64,000 nucleotides of DNA, taken from Gemmatimonadota bacterium. GTDB taxonomy: Bacteria > Gemmatimonadota > Gemmatimonadetes > Gemmatimonadales > GWC2-71-9. Within the stretch, counting starts at the first letter, position 1, and each line of letters opens with the position of its first letter. Shown in pieces: positions 36,603-45,516 of the stretch. The translations under genes and the position numbers were made by a program. The stretch lies in NCBI GenBank assembly GCA_031382385.1, contig JANMYS010000061.1, positions 2,403 through 66,402 on the forward strand, written 5' to 3'. Under the pieces are notes generated by a model. The model had not been told where the DNA came from, did not search any database, and was given only the letters and a program-made list of their open reading frames with translations.

Positions 36603-37816
36603 CGCCCTCGACGCTCTGGCGCAATGCGGCGCTGGCGACTCTCGTGCCCGACCGGCCGTGGGGCTGGATGGCGCGAGGCGCGCTGGTGACCCGTGGCGAA
36701 GCGATCGCGTGGGTGGGAGATGAGACGGCGCTTCCCCCCGACCTGGCCCTCGAGATCGAAGCGGAACACGATCTGGGCGGCGCGCTCGTCACACCGGGGC
36801 TGGTGGATTGCCATACCCATCTGGTGTATGGTGGCGACCGGGCCAGGGAATTCGAGTTGCGGCTGCAGGGGGCGAGCTACGAAGACATCGCTCGGGCCGG
36901 CGGCGGGATCCTCTCCACGGTGGCCGCCACGCGAGCCGCCAGCGACGATGACCTCTTCCGCGCCGCCCGCGCCCGCGCGCTGGCCCTCATGGCCGAGGGC
37001 GTGACCACGCTGGAGATCAAATCCGGCTACGGCCTGACGCTGCCTGATGAAGCCCGCATGCTGCGTGTCGCGCGCCGTCTGGGCCGGGAGCTCCCGGTCC
37101 ATGTGCGTACGACCTGCCTGGCCGCGCATGCACTGCCTCCCGAGTTTGCTGATCGCGCCGATGCCTACATCGACGCCGTCTGCGGCTGGCTGCCGGTGCT
37201 GCACGCGGAAGGACTGATGGATGCCGTCGACGCCTTCTGCGAGCGCATCGCTTTTTCCCCGGCTCAGACCCGGCGGGTGTTCGAAGCCGCGCAGGCACTG
37301 GAGCTGCCCGTCAAACTGCACGCGGAACAGCTCAGCGATCAGGGCGGTGCCGCGCTCGCCGCCGGATTCCAGGCGCTGTCCTGCGACCACCTCGAATACC
37401 TCAACCCGGCGGGTGTGCAGGCCATGGCGCAGGCCGGCACGGTGGCGGTGCTCCTGCCCGGCGCCTTCTACTTCCTCCGCGAGACGCAGCGGCCACCGGT
37501 CCAGGCGCTGCGCGATGCCGGCGTACCCATCGCGCTGGCGACCGATCACAATCCGGGTTCCTCCCCGACGCTCTCCCCATTGCTGATGCTCAACATGGCC
37601 TGCACCCTGTTCCGCCTGACACCGGAGGAGGCGTTGCGCGGCATGACGCTGCACGGCGCGCGCGCGCTCGGCCTCACCGATCGCGGCACACTGGCGGCCG
37701 GTCAGCGCGCCGATTTCGTGGTCTGGGGGCTGGAGCATCCCAGTGAGCTGGCCTATCGGTTCGGGCAGCGACCCGCCGCACGGACGATCGTCGGCGGACG
37801 GGAGCGGGCACCATGA
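36599..37816 (+). CDS. hutI: imidazolonepropionase
   Basis: Amidohydrolase metal motif [10 protein letters not shown], then KLHAEQL and DHLEY. Confidence 0.9.
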   Translation: MTPSTLWRNAALATLVPDRPWGWMARGALVTRGEAIAWVGDETALPPDLALEIEAEHDLGGALVTPGLVDCHTHLVYGGDRAREFELRLQGASYEDIARAGGGILSTVAATRAASDDDLFRAARARALALMAEGVTTLEIKSGYGLTLPDEARMLRVARRLGRELPVHVRTTCLAAHALPPEFADRADAYIDAVCGWLPVLHAEGLMDAVDAFCERIAFSPAQTRRVFEAAQALELPVKLHAEQLSDQGGAALAAGFQALSCDHLEYLNPAGVQAMAQAGTVAVLLPGAFYFLRETQRPPVQALRDAGVPIALATDHNPGSSPTLSPLLMLNMACTLFRLTPEEALRGMTLHGARALGLTDRGTLAAGQRADFVVWGLEHPSELAYRFGQRPAARTIVGGRERAP

Positions 37817-38610
37817 GCGCCCCCGTCGTGACGCTGCGGCCCGGCCGCACGCCACTGCTCGTGAGTCTGCCGCACATCGGTCAGCACATTCCGCCGGAGC
37901 TGGCCGACGCCTTTCTGCCGCACGCGCTGAACGTGGAGGATACCGACTGGCATCTGGACCAGCTGTATGATTTCGTGCCCGGGCTTGGCGCCAGCCTCAT
38001 CGTGCCGCACCACAGCCGCTACGTGATTGACCTCAATCGGCCGAGCGACAACCAGCTGATGTACCCCGGCGTGAACAACACCGAATTGTGTCCGACCCGG
38101 AGCTTCACCGGCGCGCCACTCTATCCCGAGGGCAGGGGGCCCGATGCCGCGGAGGTGGCCCGCAGAACAAGCCGCTACTGGCAGCCCTACCACGACGCGC
38201 TGCGTGGAGAGCTTGATCGGCTGAAGCGCGAGCACGGCTACGCCATTCTGCTCGACGGGCACAGCATCAAATCGGAGTTGCCCTGGCTCTTTCCCGGCCG
38301 GCTGCCGGATCTCAACCTCGGCACCGCGAACGGGTCCAGCTGCGCGCCTGCGCTGCGCGACGCTCTCGCGGCCGTTCTCGCATCACAGACCCGCTATACC
38401 CACGTGGTCGATGGTCGCTTCAAGGGCGGCTACATCACCCGGCACTACGGCCAGCCGGGGGAGGGCATTCATGCGGTGCAGCTCGAGAAGTGCTGGAGCT
38501 GTTACATGAGCGAGTCTCCGCCCTACAACTGGGATGCGGCTCGCGCGGCGCCACTGCGCCCGGTGCTGCGCGAGTTCGTTCAGTCGGCCCTGACCTGGAG
38601 GCCGGCATGA
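37813..38610 (+). CDS. hutG: N-formylglutamate deformylase
   Basis: FGase family blocks VSLPHIG, DTDWH and [10 protein letters not shown]. Translationally coupled on both sides. Confidence 0.85.
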   Translation: MSAPVVTLRPGRTPLLVSLPHIGQHIPPELADAFLPHALNVEDTDWHLDQLYDFVPGLGASLIVPHHSRYVIDLNRPSDNQLMYPGVNNTELCPTRSFTGAPLYPEGRGPDAAEVARRTSRYWQPYHDALRGELDRLKREHGYAILLDGHSIKSELPWLFPGRLPDLNLGTANGSSCAPALRDALAAVLASQTRYTHVVDGRFKGGYITRHYGQPGEGIHAVQLEKCWSCYMSESPPYNWDAARAAPLRPVLREFVQSALTWRPA

Positions 38611-39986
38611 ACGGAGACCGGTCACTGCTCTGGGCGCCACGGGCCTGGATTGGCAGTCAGTGGCGCGACCGCGTGCTGCTGCGAGTCGGGGCGGACGGTC
38701 ACTGGGCCGACGTTGTCGCTGGAGTCGCGGCGCCAGCCGAAGCGAGTGTACTGCCCGGGCCAGTGCTGCCAGGCATCGTGGATGCCCACAGTCACGCCTT
38801 CCAGCGGGCCTTCGCCGGACTGGCGGAGCGGCGCACCGGCGAGCACGATGACTTCTGGTCGTGGCGCGACCGGATGTACGACGTGGCGCTGCGCATCACG
38901 CCGGCGCAGCTCCGCGCGGTCGGCGCACAACTGTATGCCGAGCTGCTGCACGGCGGGTATACCCAGGTCTGCGAATTTCACTACCTGCAGCACGCGCCTG
39001 ATGGCCGGCCCTATGCCGATCCGCTGGAATTGTCCTGGGCCCTCGCCGATGCCGCCTCCGAGACCGGGATCGGTCTGACGGTCCTGCCGGTGCTCTACGA
39101 GCGGGCCGGTTTCGCCGAGCCGGCCCTGCGCAGCGACCAGCGCCGGTTCGCCACCAGCGCCGAGGGGGTGCTGGCATTGTACCGCGGCCTGCGCGACAGT
39201 CACCGAAGCCTGCTGAGCGCCGGCGTGGCGATCCACTCCTTGCGGGCAGCCACACCCGGTGCGATCGCGCGACTGGTCGCTCCGCTGGGCGATGTTCCGA
39301 TTCACATCCATGTGGCGGAACAGACCGGCGAAGTGGCCGACTGCCTCACGGCCACCGGCGAGCGGCCGATCGAGTGGCTCACCCGGCATGTGACGCTCGA
39401 TGCACGCTGGCAGCTGGTGCACGCGACCCAGAGCACCCCGGCGGAGATCGCCGTCGTGGCGCGCACCGGCGCAGGTGTCGTTCTCTGCCCCTCCACCGAA
39501 GCGAATCTCGGCGACGGCCTGGCCGATCTGCCCGGCTGGCTCGGAGCGGGCGTGCCCCTCTCCATCGGCTCCGACAGTCAGGTCACCCGCTCGTGGTGCG
39601 ATGAGCTCCGCCTCGTCGAGTACGGCCAGCGCGTGCACCTCAGGCAGCGGAGTGTGGCGGCCAGCCCTGAGCAGGGCGAGCCCGCGACGGCCTCGCATCT
39701 GCTGGAACGCGCACTTCACGGTGGCGGGGTGGCGGCGGGCTTCAGGCGCTGGGGGCTGGTCGCCGGTGCGCGCGCCGATCTCCTGGTGATTGACACCGCC
39801 GATGCCAGCCTGCTCGGCGCACCGGGCAGTCACCTGCTCGATCGTCTCGTCTTTTCCACCCCCAGCCGTCCCTTCCGCGATGTGATGGTGGGCGGCCGGT
39901 GGGTGTTGCGGGACCATCGTCACGCGCGAGCAGTGGAGATTGCCCGGGGATTCGTCGAGGCAATGCAGGAGCTCTGGCCCGGCTGA
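38607..39986 (+). CDS. hutF: formimidoylglutamate deiminase
   Basis: ATG 38607 overlaps the hutG stop (ATGA). Amidohydrolase motif PGIVDAHSHAFQRAFAG, about 459 aa. Confidence 0.85.
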   Translation: MNGDRSLLWAPRAWIGSQWRDRVLLRVGADGHWADVVAGVAAPAEASVLPGPVLPGIVDAHSHAFQRAFAGLAERRTGEHDDFWSWRDRMYDVALRITPAQLRAVGAQLYAELLHGGYTQVCEFHYLQHAPDGRPYADPLELSWALADAASETGIGLTVLPVLYERAGFAEPALRSDQRRFATSAEGVLALYRGLRDSHRSLLSAGVAIHSLRAATPGAIARLVAPLGDVPIHIHVAEQTGEVADCLTATGERPIEWLTRHVTLDARWQLVHATQSTPAEIAVVARTGAGVVLCPSTEANLGDGLADLPGWLGAGVPLSIGSDSQVTRSWCDELRLVEYGQRVHLRQRSVAASPEQGEPATASHLLERALHGGGVAAGFRRWGLVAGARADLLVIDTADASLLGAPGSHLLDRLVFSTPSRPFRDVMVGGRWVLRDHRHARAVEIARGFVEAMQELWPG

Positions 39987-40081
39987 ATCGAGCGTCGCAG
40001 CCGGTTAACGCCGCGCCCTCCTCGCCGTCTTCCGGGTGTCTTTCGCCGATACCTGGGACCTACTGCGACGGAGAGTCTCTC

Positions 40082-40441
40082 ATGCGACGCCCCCTGCTGA
40101 CGCTCGTCGGCGCGCTGTCTGCGCTGGCCCTGACCACCGTATTGCACGCGCAGAGCCCGACACCTGAAGCCGTGCTTCTCAACCACACCCGTGCACATCC
40201 CGCTGTCCACGCCGTTCGCCACCCCGGGCGCGATCTCGGGCGCGATCTCCGTGACCTGCGTCGAGACCGGCGGGATCTGCGGCTGGACCGCTGGGACCTG
40301 CGGCTAGACCGTCGGGAAGGCGCTGGCCCGCGCGAGCTCCGTCGTGACCGGGTGGAGCTGCGCGGTGATCGCCGAGAGCTCAGGCGGGATCGCTGGGAGC
40401 TGGACCGCGGCCACCGCGCTCACCGCTTACCCTGGATCTGA
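40082..40441 (+). CDS. small secreted Arg/Asp-rich heptad-repeat protein (unknown family)
   Basis: Signal peptide MRRPLLTLVGALSALALTTVLHAQ, then RDLRRDR RDLRLDR WDLRLDR ... ELRRDRV ELRGDRR ELRRDRW. The DNA shows 21-nt periodicity. Confidence 0.6.
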   Translation: MRRPLLTLVGALSALALTTVLHAQSPTPEAVLLNHTRAHPAVHAVRHPGRDLGRDLRDLRRDRRDLRLDRWDLRLDRREGAGPRELRRDRVELRGDRRELRRDRWELDRGHRAHRLPWI

Positions 40442-40466
40442 GACCGCCGCCTGCTCCAAGCACGAC

Positions 40467-40488
40467 GGGCGACCCGCGTGGGTCGCCC
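40467..40488. terminator. GC hairpin between convergent genes
   Basis: GGGCGACCC gcgt GGGTCGCCC (9-bp stem) with no clear U-tract. Confidence 0.4.
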
Positions 40489-40518
40489 GCTTGCCTCCGT
40501 CGTTCTCCGTTGCCGCCG

Positions 40519-42432
40519 TTACTCAGGCGTGCCCAGCGCTTCCCGGATCTCCCGTGCCGCGCTGATTGCGTTGTCGACATCGCGCGAGAGCGCCCGCGCC
40601 TGCTGCGTGGCGGCGGTCAGGTCGCCGAGAGCCGAACCGGCGTCGGCCGACCGCAGCCGCAGCAGATCGAATCGGACGTTCTGCATGGCGAGGATACAGC
40701 TCTCGAGCTGGCTCGCGATCTGATCCCGCCGGCCCCGCAGGTCGCCGATGGTCTTCTTCTGCCGTTCCAGCAGGGTGATCCGGCGGGCCCGTTCCTCGTC
40801 CTCGGGCTCGCGCCGCATCGCTGCCATCCGCTGCTCCAGCCGCTCTTCGCTCTGCAGATCGAGATTGCTGTCCATCGCGTGCAGTGTCTTGCCCAGCTCG
40901 TTGGCGCGCTGGTACAGGCCGTCGACGGTCGCCTGGACATCGTCGGGCAGCATGTTCCGTTCGGCCGGGCTCATGCGCTCCAGCAGCTTGAGGATCGCGA
41001 TCCGGTCGTTGTGGCCCTGCAGGACGAGGCCGAGGTGCTTGCCGAACTCATCGTTGCGCGGGGCGGGCAGCTGCCGCGCGAGCTTGCCGCCCTTGCCACC
41101 CGGTACCAGCACCGCGTCGGGCGCCGGCGGCCGGTTGAGCACGTCGCGCCAGGTGTACCCCGCCTGCCAGAGCTTGGAGTAGCTCGTGACCAGCCCGAAT
41201 CCCATGCCGAACATCGGGAAGAGGAACCACGGCTCGGTGATGCCGGTGGCGAGGTTGATCATGAACAGGCCGCCGGAGACCGCCGCCCACTTGGCGAACT
41301 GGGCCCGGGTCTTCTGGACAATCATCGGCTCGCCGGTGTCCGGGACCGGCAGCGGCGTGTCATTGTTGGGTGCGCGGTCCATCCGGCGGTTGGCCCGGTC
41401 CATGTGCCGGTCGAGCCGGTTGCGCCAGTCGTCGTTCTGGGGGGTGCGCCGCCCGAGCGCGACGGGCGCTTTCGGCGGAGAGGGGGCCGCGCCGGTAAAC
41501 CGGCGGGGCGGCTCGTTCCCGGTGGATCGTGCCGGAGCGCCGCTGCGGGTCTGCCCCGTCGGGCGGTAGCCGGAGACGGTGCGCGATTCGAGTGCGCGGC
41601 GCAACGCATCCGCCGATGGCCAGCGATTCTCGGGATCCTTCTCAAGGCAGCGGGCCACCGCCAGCGCGAGATCCTCCGGGCAGTCCGGCCGCCGGTCGAG
41701 CACGGAGGGGGGCATCTCGGTGATCTGCTTCATCAGGATGCCGGCGACGGTGGGGGCGTTGAACGGCGGTTCGCCCGTCAGCATCTGGTACGTCACGACC
41801 CCGAGACTGTAGAGGTCGCTCCGGCCGTCGATCTCCTTCTCGCCGGCGGCCTGTTCCGGGCTCATGAACTGCGGCGTGCCGATCGCGACGCCCGCGCTCG
41901 TCAGCGTGCCACCGGAGCCCCCCGACATCGCCTTGGCGATGCCGAAGTCCGTCACCATCACCCGCCCGCGCGTGCCGTCGAGCAGGATATTGTCCGGCTT
42001 GATGTCACGATGAATGACCGACATGGCGTGGGCGGCCGAGAGGGCGTCGGCGGTCTCTTTCATGATGCGCCGCACTTCATCCACCGGCAGCTTGCCGCGT
42101 CGCTTGAGTCGCCCGCCAAGCGACTCGCCATCCACGTAGCCCATGACGAAATAGACCAGTCCGCCGCCCTCACCGACGTTGAAGATCGGCACGATATTCG
42201 GATGCGACAGGCGAGCGGCGGTTTCCGCCTCGCGGGTGAACCGCGCACGGATCTCGGACTGGAAGGCAAGTTCCGGTGGCAGCACCTTGATCGCGACTCG
42301 CCGCTTGAGGCGTTCATCGCGCGCGCGGTACACCACGCCCATCCCTCCGCGTCCGATCTCGCCTTCAAGCGTGAAGGCGGTCCCGAGCGCTTCGGAGAGT
42401 CGTGGGGCCAGCGATGAGGTCGGGTCGGTCAT
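40519..42432 (-). CDS. Ser/Thr protein kinase with 2TM segment and C-terminal coiled-coil
   Basis: GRGGMGVVY, VAIKVL, HRDIKPDNILL, DFGIA and FMSPEQ. It also has a hydrophobic hairpin (GGLFMINLATG...FPMFGMGFGLV) and a long helical tail. Confidence 0.9.
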   Translation of the reverse strand: MTDPTSSLAPRLSEALGTAFTLEGEIGRGGMGVVYRARDERLKRRVAIKVLPPELAFQSEIRARFTREAETAARLSHPNIVPIFNVGEGGGLVYFVMGYVDGESLGGRLKRRGKLPVDEVRRIMKETADALSAAHAMSVIHRDIKPDNILLDGTRGRVMVTDFGIAKAMSGGSGGTLTSAGVAIGTPQFMSPEQAAGEKEIDGRSDLYSLGVVTYQMLTGEPPFNAPTVAGILMKQITEMPPSVLDRRPDCPEDLALAVARCLEKDPENRWPSADALRRALESRTVSGYRPTGQTRSGAPARSTGNEPPRRFTGAAPSPPKAPVALGRRTPQNDDWRNRLDRHMDRANRRMDRAPNNDTPLPVPDTGEPMIVQKTRAQFAKWAAVSGGLFMINLATGITEPWFLFPMFGMGFGLVTSYSKLWQAGYTWRDVLNRPPAPDAVLVPGGKGGKLARQLPAPRNDEFGKHLGLVLQGHNDRIAILKLLERMSPAERNMLPDDVQATVDGLYQRANELGKTLHAMDSNLDLQSEERLEQRMAAMRREPEDEERARRITLLERQKKTIGDLRGRRDQIASQLESCILAMQNVRFDLLRLRSADAGSALGDLTAATQQARALSRDVDNAISAAREIREALGTPE

Positions 42433-42818
42433 CGAGTATCCATAGAAGCCTCAGAGATTTAGCAGCGGAGGACGGGGGGGACAAGGTTTCCCGTCCGGAC
42501 ACCCCGACCGCTTGCCCCACCACCGATTGGCAGGCTACTTCAATTGGGCGCCGAACTGGCAGCGTTCTGTTCCGGATCGGGACGAAAACCGCCCCGGGAC
42601 CGGTCGAGCCAGGTCATCGGCTCTCGTTGCTGGCGGCCAACCAATGACGGTCTCGTCAACCGCCGATCGCCTCTCCCCCGAGGGTGCCGTCGAGGTCGGA
42701 GGGTGCAGGGACCCGCTCATCCGATACACCGCGGATGGCTCATGGCACATCCGGTGCACCTTGAGGGGCCGTTCGCGTGATTTTCTGCCAATACGCCAGA
42801 ACCTCGGAGTCCTGATAC

Positions 42819-45380
42819 ATGTCTGAACGCAGCGAACGTCTCGTGCTGCCCGTCCTGCCGTTGCGGGAAGTTGTGCTCTTTCCCGGAGTGACCGCCCCGA
42901 TCGGGGCCGGTCGTCCCGGAACCCTGCGTGCGATCGAAGCGGCGCTCAATACGCCCGACCGCCTGATCTTCGCCGTTTCGCAGCGGGAAAACGTCGAGCA
43001 GGTGACCGGCGAAACCCTCTACACGATCGGTACCATCGCCCGCATCGGCCAGATGCAGCGCGGGCTGGCCGGCATGCAGCTGCTGCTTCACGGCGAGCGG
43101 CGCGGCATCGCGATGCACATCGGTGAAAAGAACGGGTACATGGAGGCGATCATCCGCGAGGCCGAGGAACTGGCCCCGCTCAATAGCGAGGATCCCGCCT
43201 TCGTCGGCCTGTACAAGGAAGCCCGGGCCCGGGCCGGCGAGCTGGGCCAGAAGTCCGGCTTGCCCGAGGAGGTCGTGCAGCAGGTGCTCGCGGGCGTCGC
43301 CGATCCGGGCCGTTTCGCGGATCTGGTGGCCGGCTACCTCGACATCCTTCCGCCGCAGCGCCAGGCGCTGCTGGAGACGCTCTCGGTCGAGGAGCGGCTG
43401 CGCCGGGTTCTGGTCCACGTGCAGCGCCAGATCTCGGTGCTGGACGCACAAGAGGACATCAAGTCGCAGGTGCAGGAAGAGCTGGGCGAACGCCAGCGCG
43501 AGATGTTCCTGCGCGAGCAGCTCAAGCAGATCCGGCGGGAGTTGGGTGAGGATGACGAACGCGGAGATCTCGAGGAACTGCGCGAGAAGCTCGATGCCCT
43601 CGATCTCCCGGCCGAGGCCCGGAAGGAATCCGAACGCGAGTTCGGCCGGCTGGAGCGCATCAGCCGGGAGTCGATGGAGTCGCAGGTGATCCGCACCTAC
43701 CTCGACACCATCACGGAACTGCCGTGGAACCTGCGCAGCGAGGAGTCACTGGATCTCGTCAAGGCCAGCGCCATCCTCGATCAGGATCACTATGCCCTGG
43801 GCGACGTGAAGGACCGGGTGCTCGAGTTCCTGGCGGTGCGCCAGCTCAAGGAACAGGTGGCCAGGCAGGAGGAAGACGGTCAGGGGGTCGGACGGTCGGA
43901 TGGTCAGGTGGACCCGGAGCGGGTTGAAGCGACGAGCGTGGAGAACGCGCCCGATGCCCCGACCGTCCGACCGTCTGACCGCCCGACCGCCACAGAGGGC
44001 AACAGCGACGAAAAGGCCAGCAAGGGGCCGATCCTCCTCTTCGTCGGACCGCCGGGTGTCGGCAAGACCTCCGTGGCCAAGTCGATCGCCCGCGCGATGG
44101 GGCGGAAGTACGTCCGCATCTCGCTCGGCGGCGCGCGCGATGAAGCCGATGTCCGCGGCCACCGGCGCACCTACGTCGGCGCCATGCCCGGCCGCATCCT
44201 GCACGCGATGAAACAGGCCGGCACCAAGAACCCGGTCTTCCTCCTCGATGAGGTGGACAAGCTGGGCGTCTCCTTCCAGGGCGACCCGGCCAGCGCCCTG
44301 CTGGAAGTGCTCGACCCGGCCCAGAACGACAGCTTCGTCGATCATTACCTCGGTGTACCGTTCGACCTGAGCGAGGTGCTGTTCATCTGCACCGCGAATT
44401 TCATTCAGAATATCCCGGGTCCGCTGCTGGACCGGATGGAAGTCGTGGAGTTTGCCGGCTACACCGAGCGAGAGAAGCTGATGATCGCGCGGAAGTATCT
44501 CGTTCCGCGCCAGCAGGTGGAGCACGCCCTGAGCTCGGACCAGATCAACATCACAGACGAGGCCGTCGCCGAGGTCATCTCCAGGTACACCCGCGAGGCA
44601 GGAGTCCGGCAGCTCGAACGCGAGATCGGAAAGCTCTCCCGCAAGGTGGCGCGCAAGATCGCCGCGAAGGAGACGCCGCAGGTGGAAGTCACGGCGGAGA
44701 TGGTCGACGATCTGCTCGGCCGGCCCAAGGTGCATCCCGAACGCGCCGCCCGGGAAGACCAGATCGGGGTGGCGACGGGGATGTACTACACCCCGGTTGG
44801 CGGCGACATCATGTTCGTCGAGGCGTCCACGATGCGGGGCAAGGGCGAGCTGGTGCTGACCGGCCAGCTGGGCGACGTGATGAAGGAATCGGCGCGCGCC
44901 GCCTGGACCTACGCCCGGTCACATGCAGCGGGGCTCCACATCCGGGAAGAGACCTTTGCGGAGCGGGATGCCCACGTCCACGTCCCCGCCGGCGCCATCC
45001 CGAAGGATGGACCATCCGCGGGCGTCACGATGGCGACGGCAATCATCTCCGCCCTCTCCGGCCGTCCGGTCCGAAACGACATCGCGATGACCGGCGAGAT
45101 CACCCTGCGCGGCGAGGTCCTGCCGATCGGGGGGCTGAAGGAAAAGGTGCTTGGGGCGGTGCGCGCGGGCATCACCCGGATCGTGATCCCCAAGAAGAAC
45201 GAGCCCGATCTCGAGGATCTGCCGGAAGAAATCAGGAAGCTGATCGAGGTGTATCCGGCCGAGAATCTCGGCCAGGTACTCGCGCTTACGCTGCGCGGTG
45301 CCAGCTTCCGGGATGGCCGGCTGCTCTTCGGCGATCAGGTGCCGGGCGATGTGGCGCCGTTGCAGGCGTACCATCACTGA
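42819..45380 (+). CDS. lon: ATP-dependent Lon protease (LonA)
   Basis: LON N-domain, Walker A GPPGVGKTS, Walker B FLLDEVDK, and protease Ser-Lys dyad region PKDGPSAGVTM. It carries an extra ~50-aa insert before the AAA+ module. Confidence 0.95.
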   Translation: MSERSERLVLPVLPLREVVLFPGVTAPIGAGRPGTLRAIEAALNTPDRLIFAVSQRENVEQVTGETLYTIGTIARIGQMQRGLAGMQLLLHGERRGIAMHIGEKNGYMEAIIREAEELAPLNSEDPAFVGLYKEARARAGELGQKSGLPEEVVQQVLAGVADPGRFADLVAGYLDILPPQRQALLETLSVEERLRRVLVHVQRQISVLDAQEDIKSQVQEELGERQREMFLREQLKQIRRELGEDDERGDLEELREKLDALDLPAEARKESEREFGRLERISRESMESQVIRTYLDTITELPWNLRSEESLDLVKASAILDQDHYALGDVKDRVLEFLAVRQLKEQVARQEEDGQGVGRSDGQVDPERVEATSVENAPDAPTVRPSDRPTATEGNSDEKASKGPILLFVGPPGVGKTSVAKSIARAMGRKYVRISLGGARDEADVRGHRRTYVGAMPGRILHAMKQAGTKNPVFLLDEVDKLGVSFQGDPASALLEVLDPAQNDSFVDHYLGVPFDLSEVLFICTANFIQNIPGPLLDRMEVVEFAGYTEREKLMIARKYLVPRQQVEHALSSDQINITDEAVAEVISRYTREAGVRQLEREIGKLSRKVARKIAAKETPQVEVTAEMVDDLLGRPKVHPERAAREDQIGVATGMYYTPVGGDIMFVEASTMRGKGELVLTGQLGDVMKESARAAWTYARSHAAGLHIREETFAERDAHVHVPAGAIPKDGPSAGVTMATAIISALSGRPVRNDIAMTGEITLRGEVLPIGGLKEKVLGAVRAGITRIVIPKKNEPDLEDLPEEIRKLIEVYPAENLGQVLALTLRGASFRDGRLLFGDQVPGDVAPLQAYHH
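43878..43991. repeat. inverted 8-nt arrays inside lon CDS
   Basis: GGTCAGGGGGTCGGACGGTCGGATGGTCAGGTG (43878-43910) and CCGACCGTCCGACCGTCTGACCGCCCGACCGCC (43959-43991). Confidence 0.9.
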
Positions 45381-45430
45381 TGGCGCGAGGCGCGGGGGAG
45401 TAGGCGACAGGTACTGAGCGAAAAGTTAAA

Positions 45431-45469
45431 GCGGGGAGCAGCGGCTGTCGCTGCTCCCCGCGCATTTTT
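45431..45469. terminator. bidirectional intrinsic terminator (lon / cytochrome c convergent pair)
   Basis: 13-bp stem GCGGGGAGCAGCG / CGCTGCTCCCCGC with loop GCTGT. It is flanked by AAAAGTTAAA upstream and ATTTTTC downstream. Confidence 0.75.
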
Positions 45470-45510
45470 CGCCCTGCGCCCTGCGCCCTGCGCCCTGCGC
45501 CTCGCGCCCC
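45470..45510. repeat. (CGCCCTG)x4 CGCCTCG CGCCCC array
   Basis: Read directly, just after the lon terminator. Confidence 0.95.
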
Positions 45511-45516
45511 CTTCGC

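Noticed and set aside
31911-40081. hut block as a mobile genomic island
   Set aside because: There is no integrase, transposase, tRNA target or flanking direct or inverted repeats that I can see. Only the compositional hints reported in the findings remain, so no mobile_element feature is called.
42750-42800. Sigma-32-type heat-shock promoter upstream of lon (CCTTGAGG ... )
   Set aside because: Only the -35-like CTTGA part is recognisable. I could not find a convincing CCCCAT-type -10 at the right spacing.
42512-42826. 104-aa ORF (or a 60-aa version from ATG 42644) in the lon leader, overlapping the lon start
   Set aside because: Third-position GC is weaker than in genuine genes here, there are no motifs, and the longer version needs a TTG start. 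I cannot exclude a short upstream ORF, but the evidence is insufficient to call a CDS.
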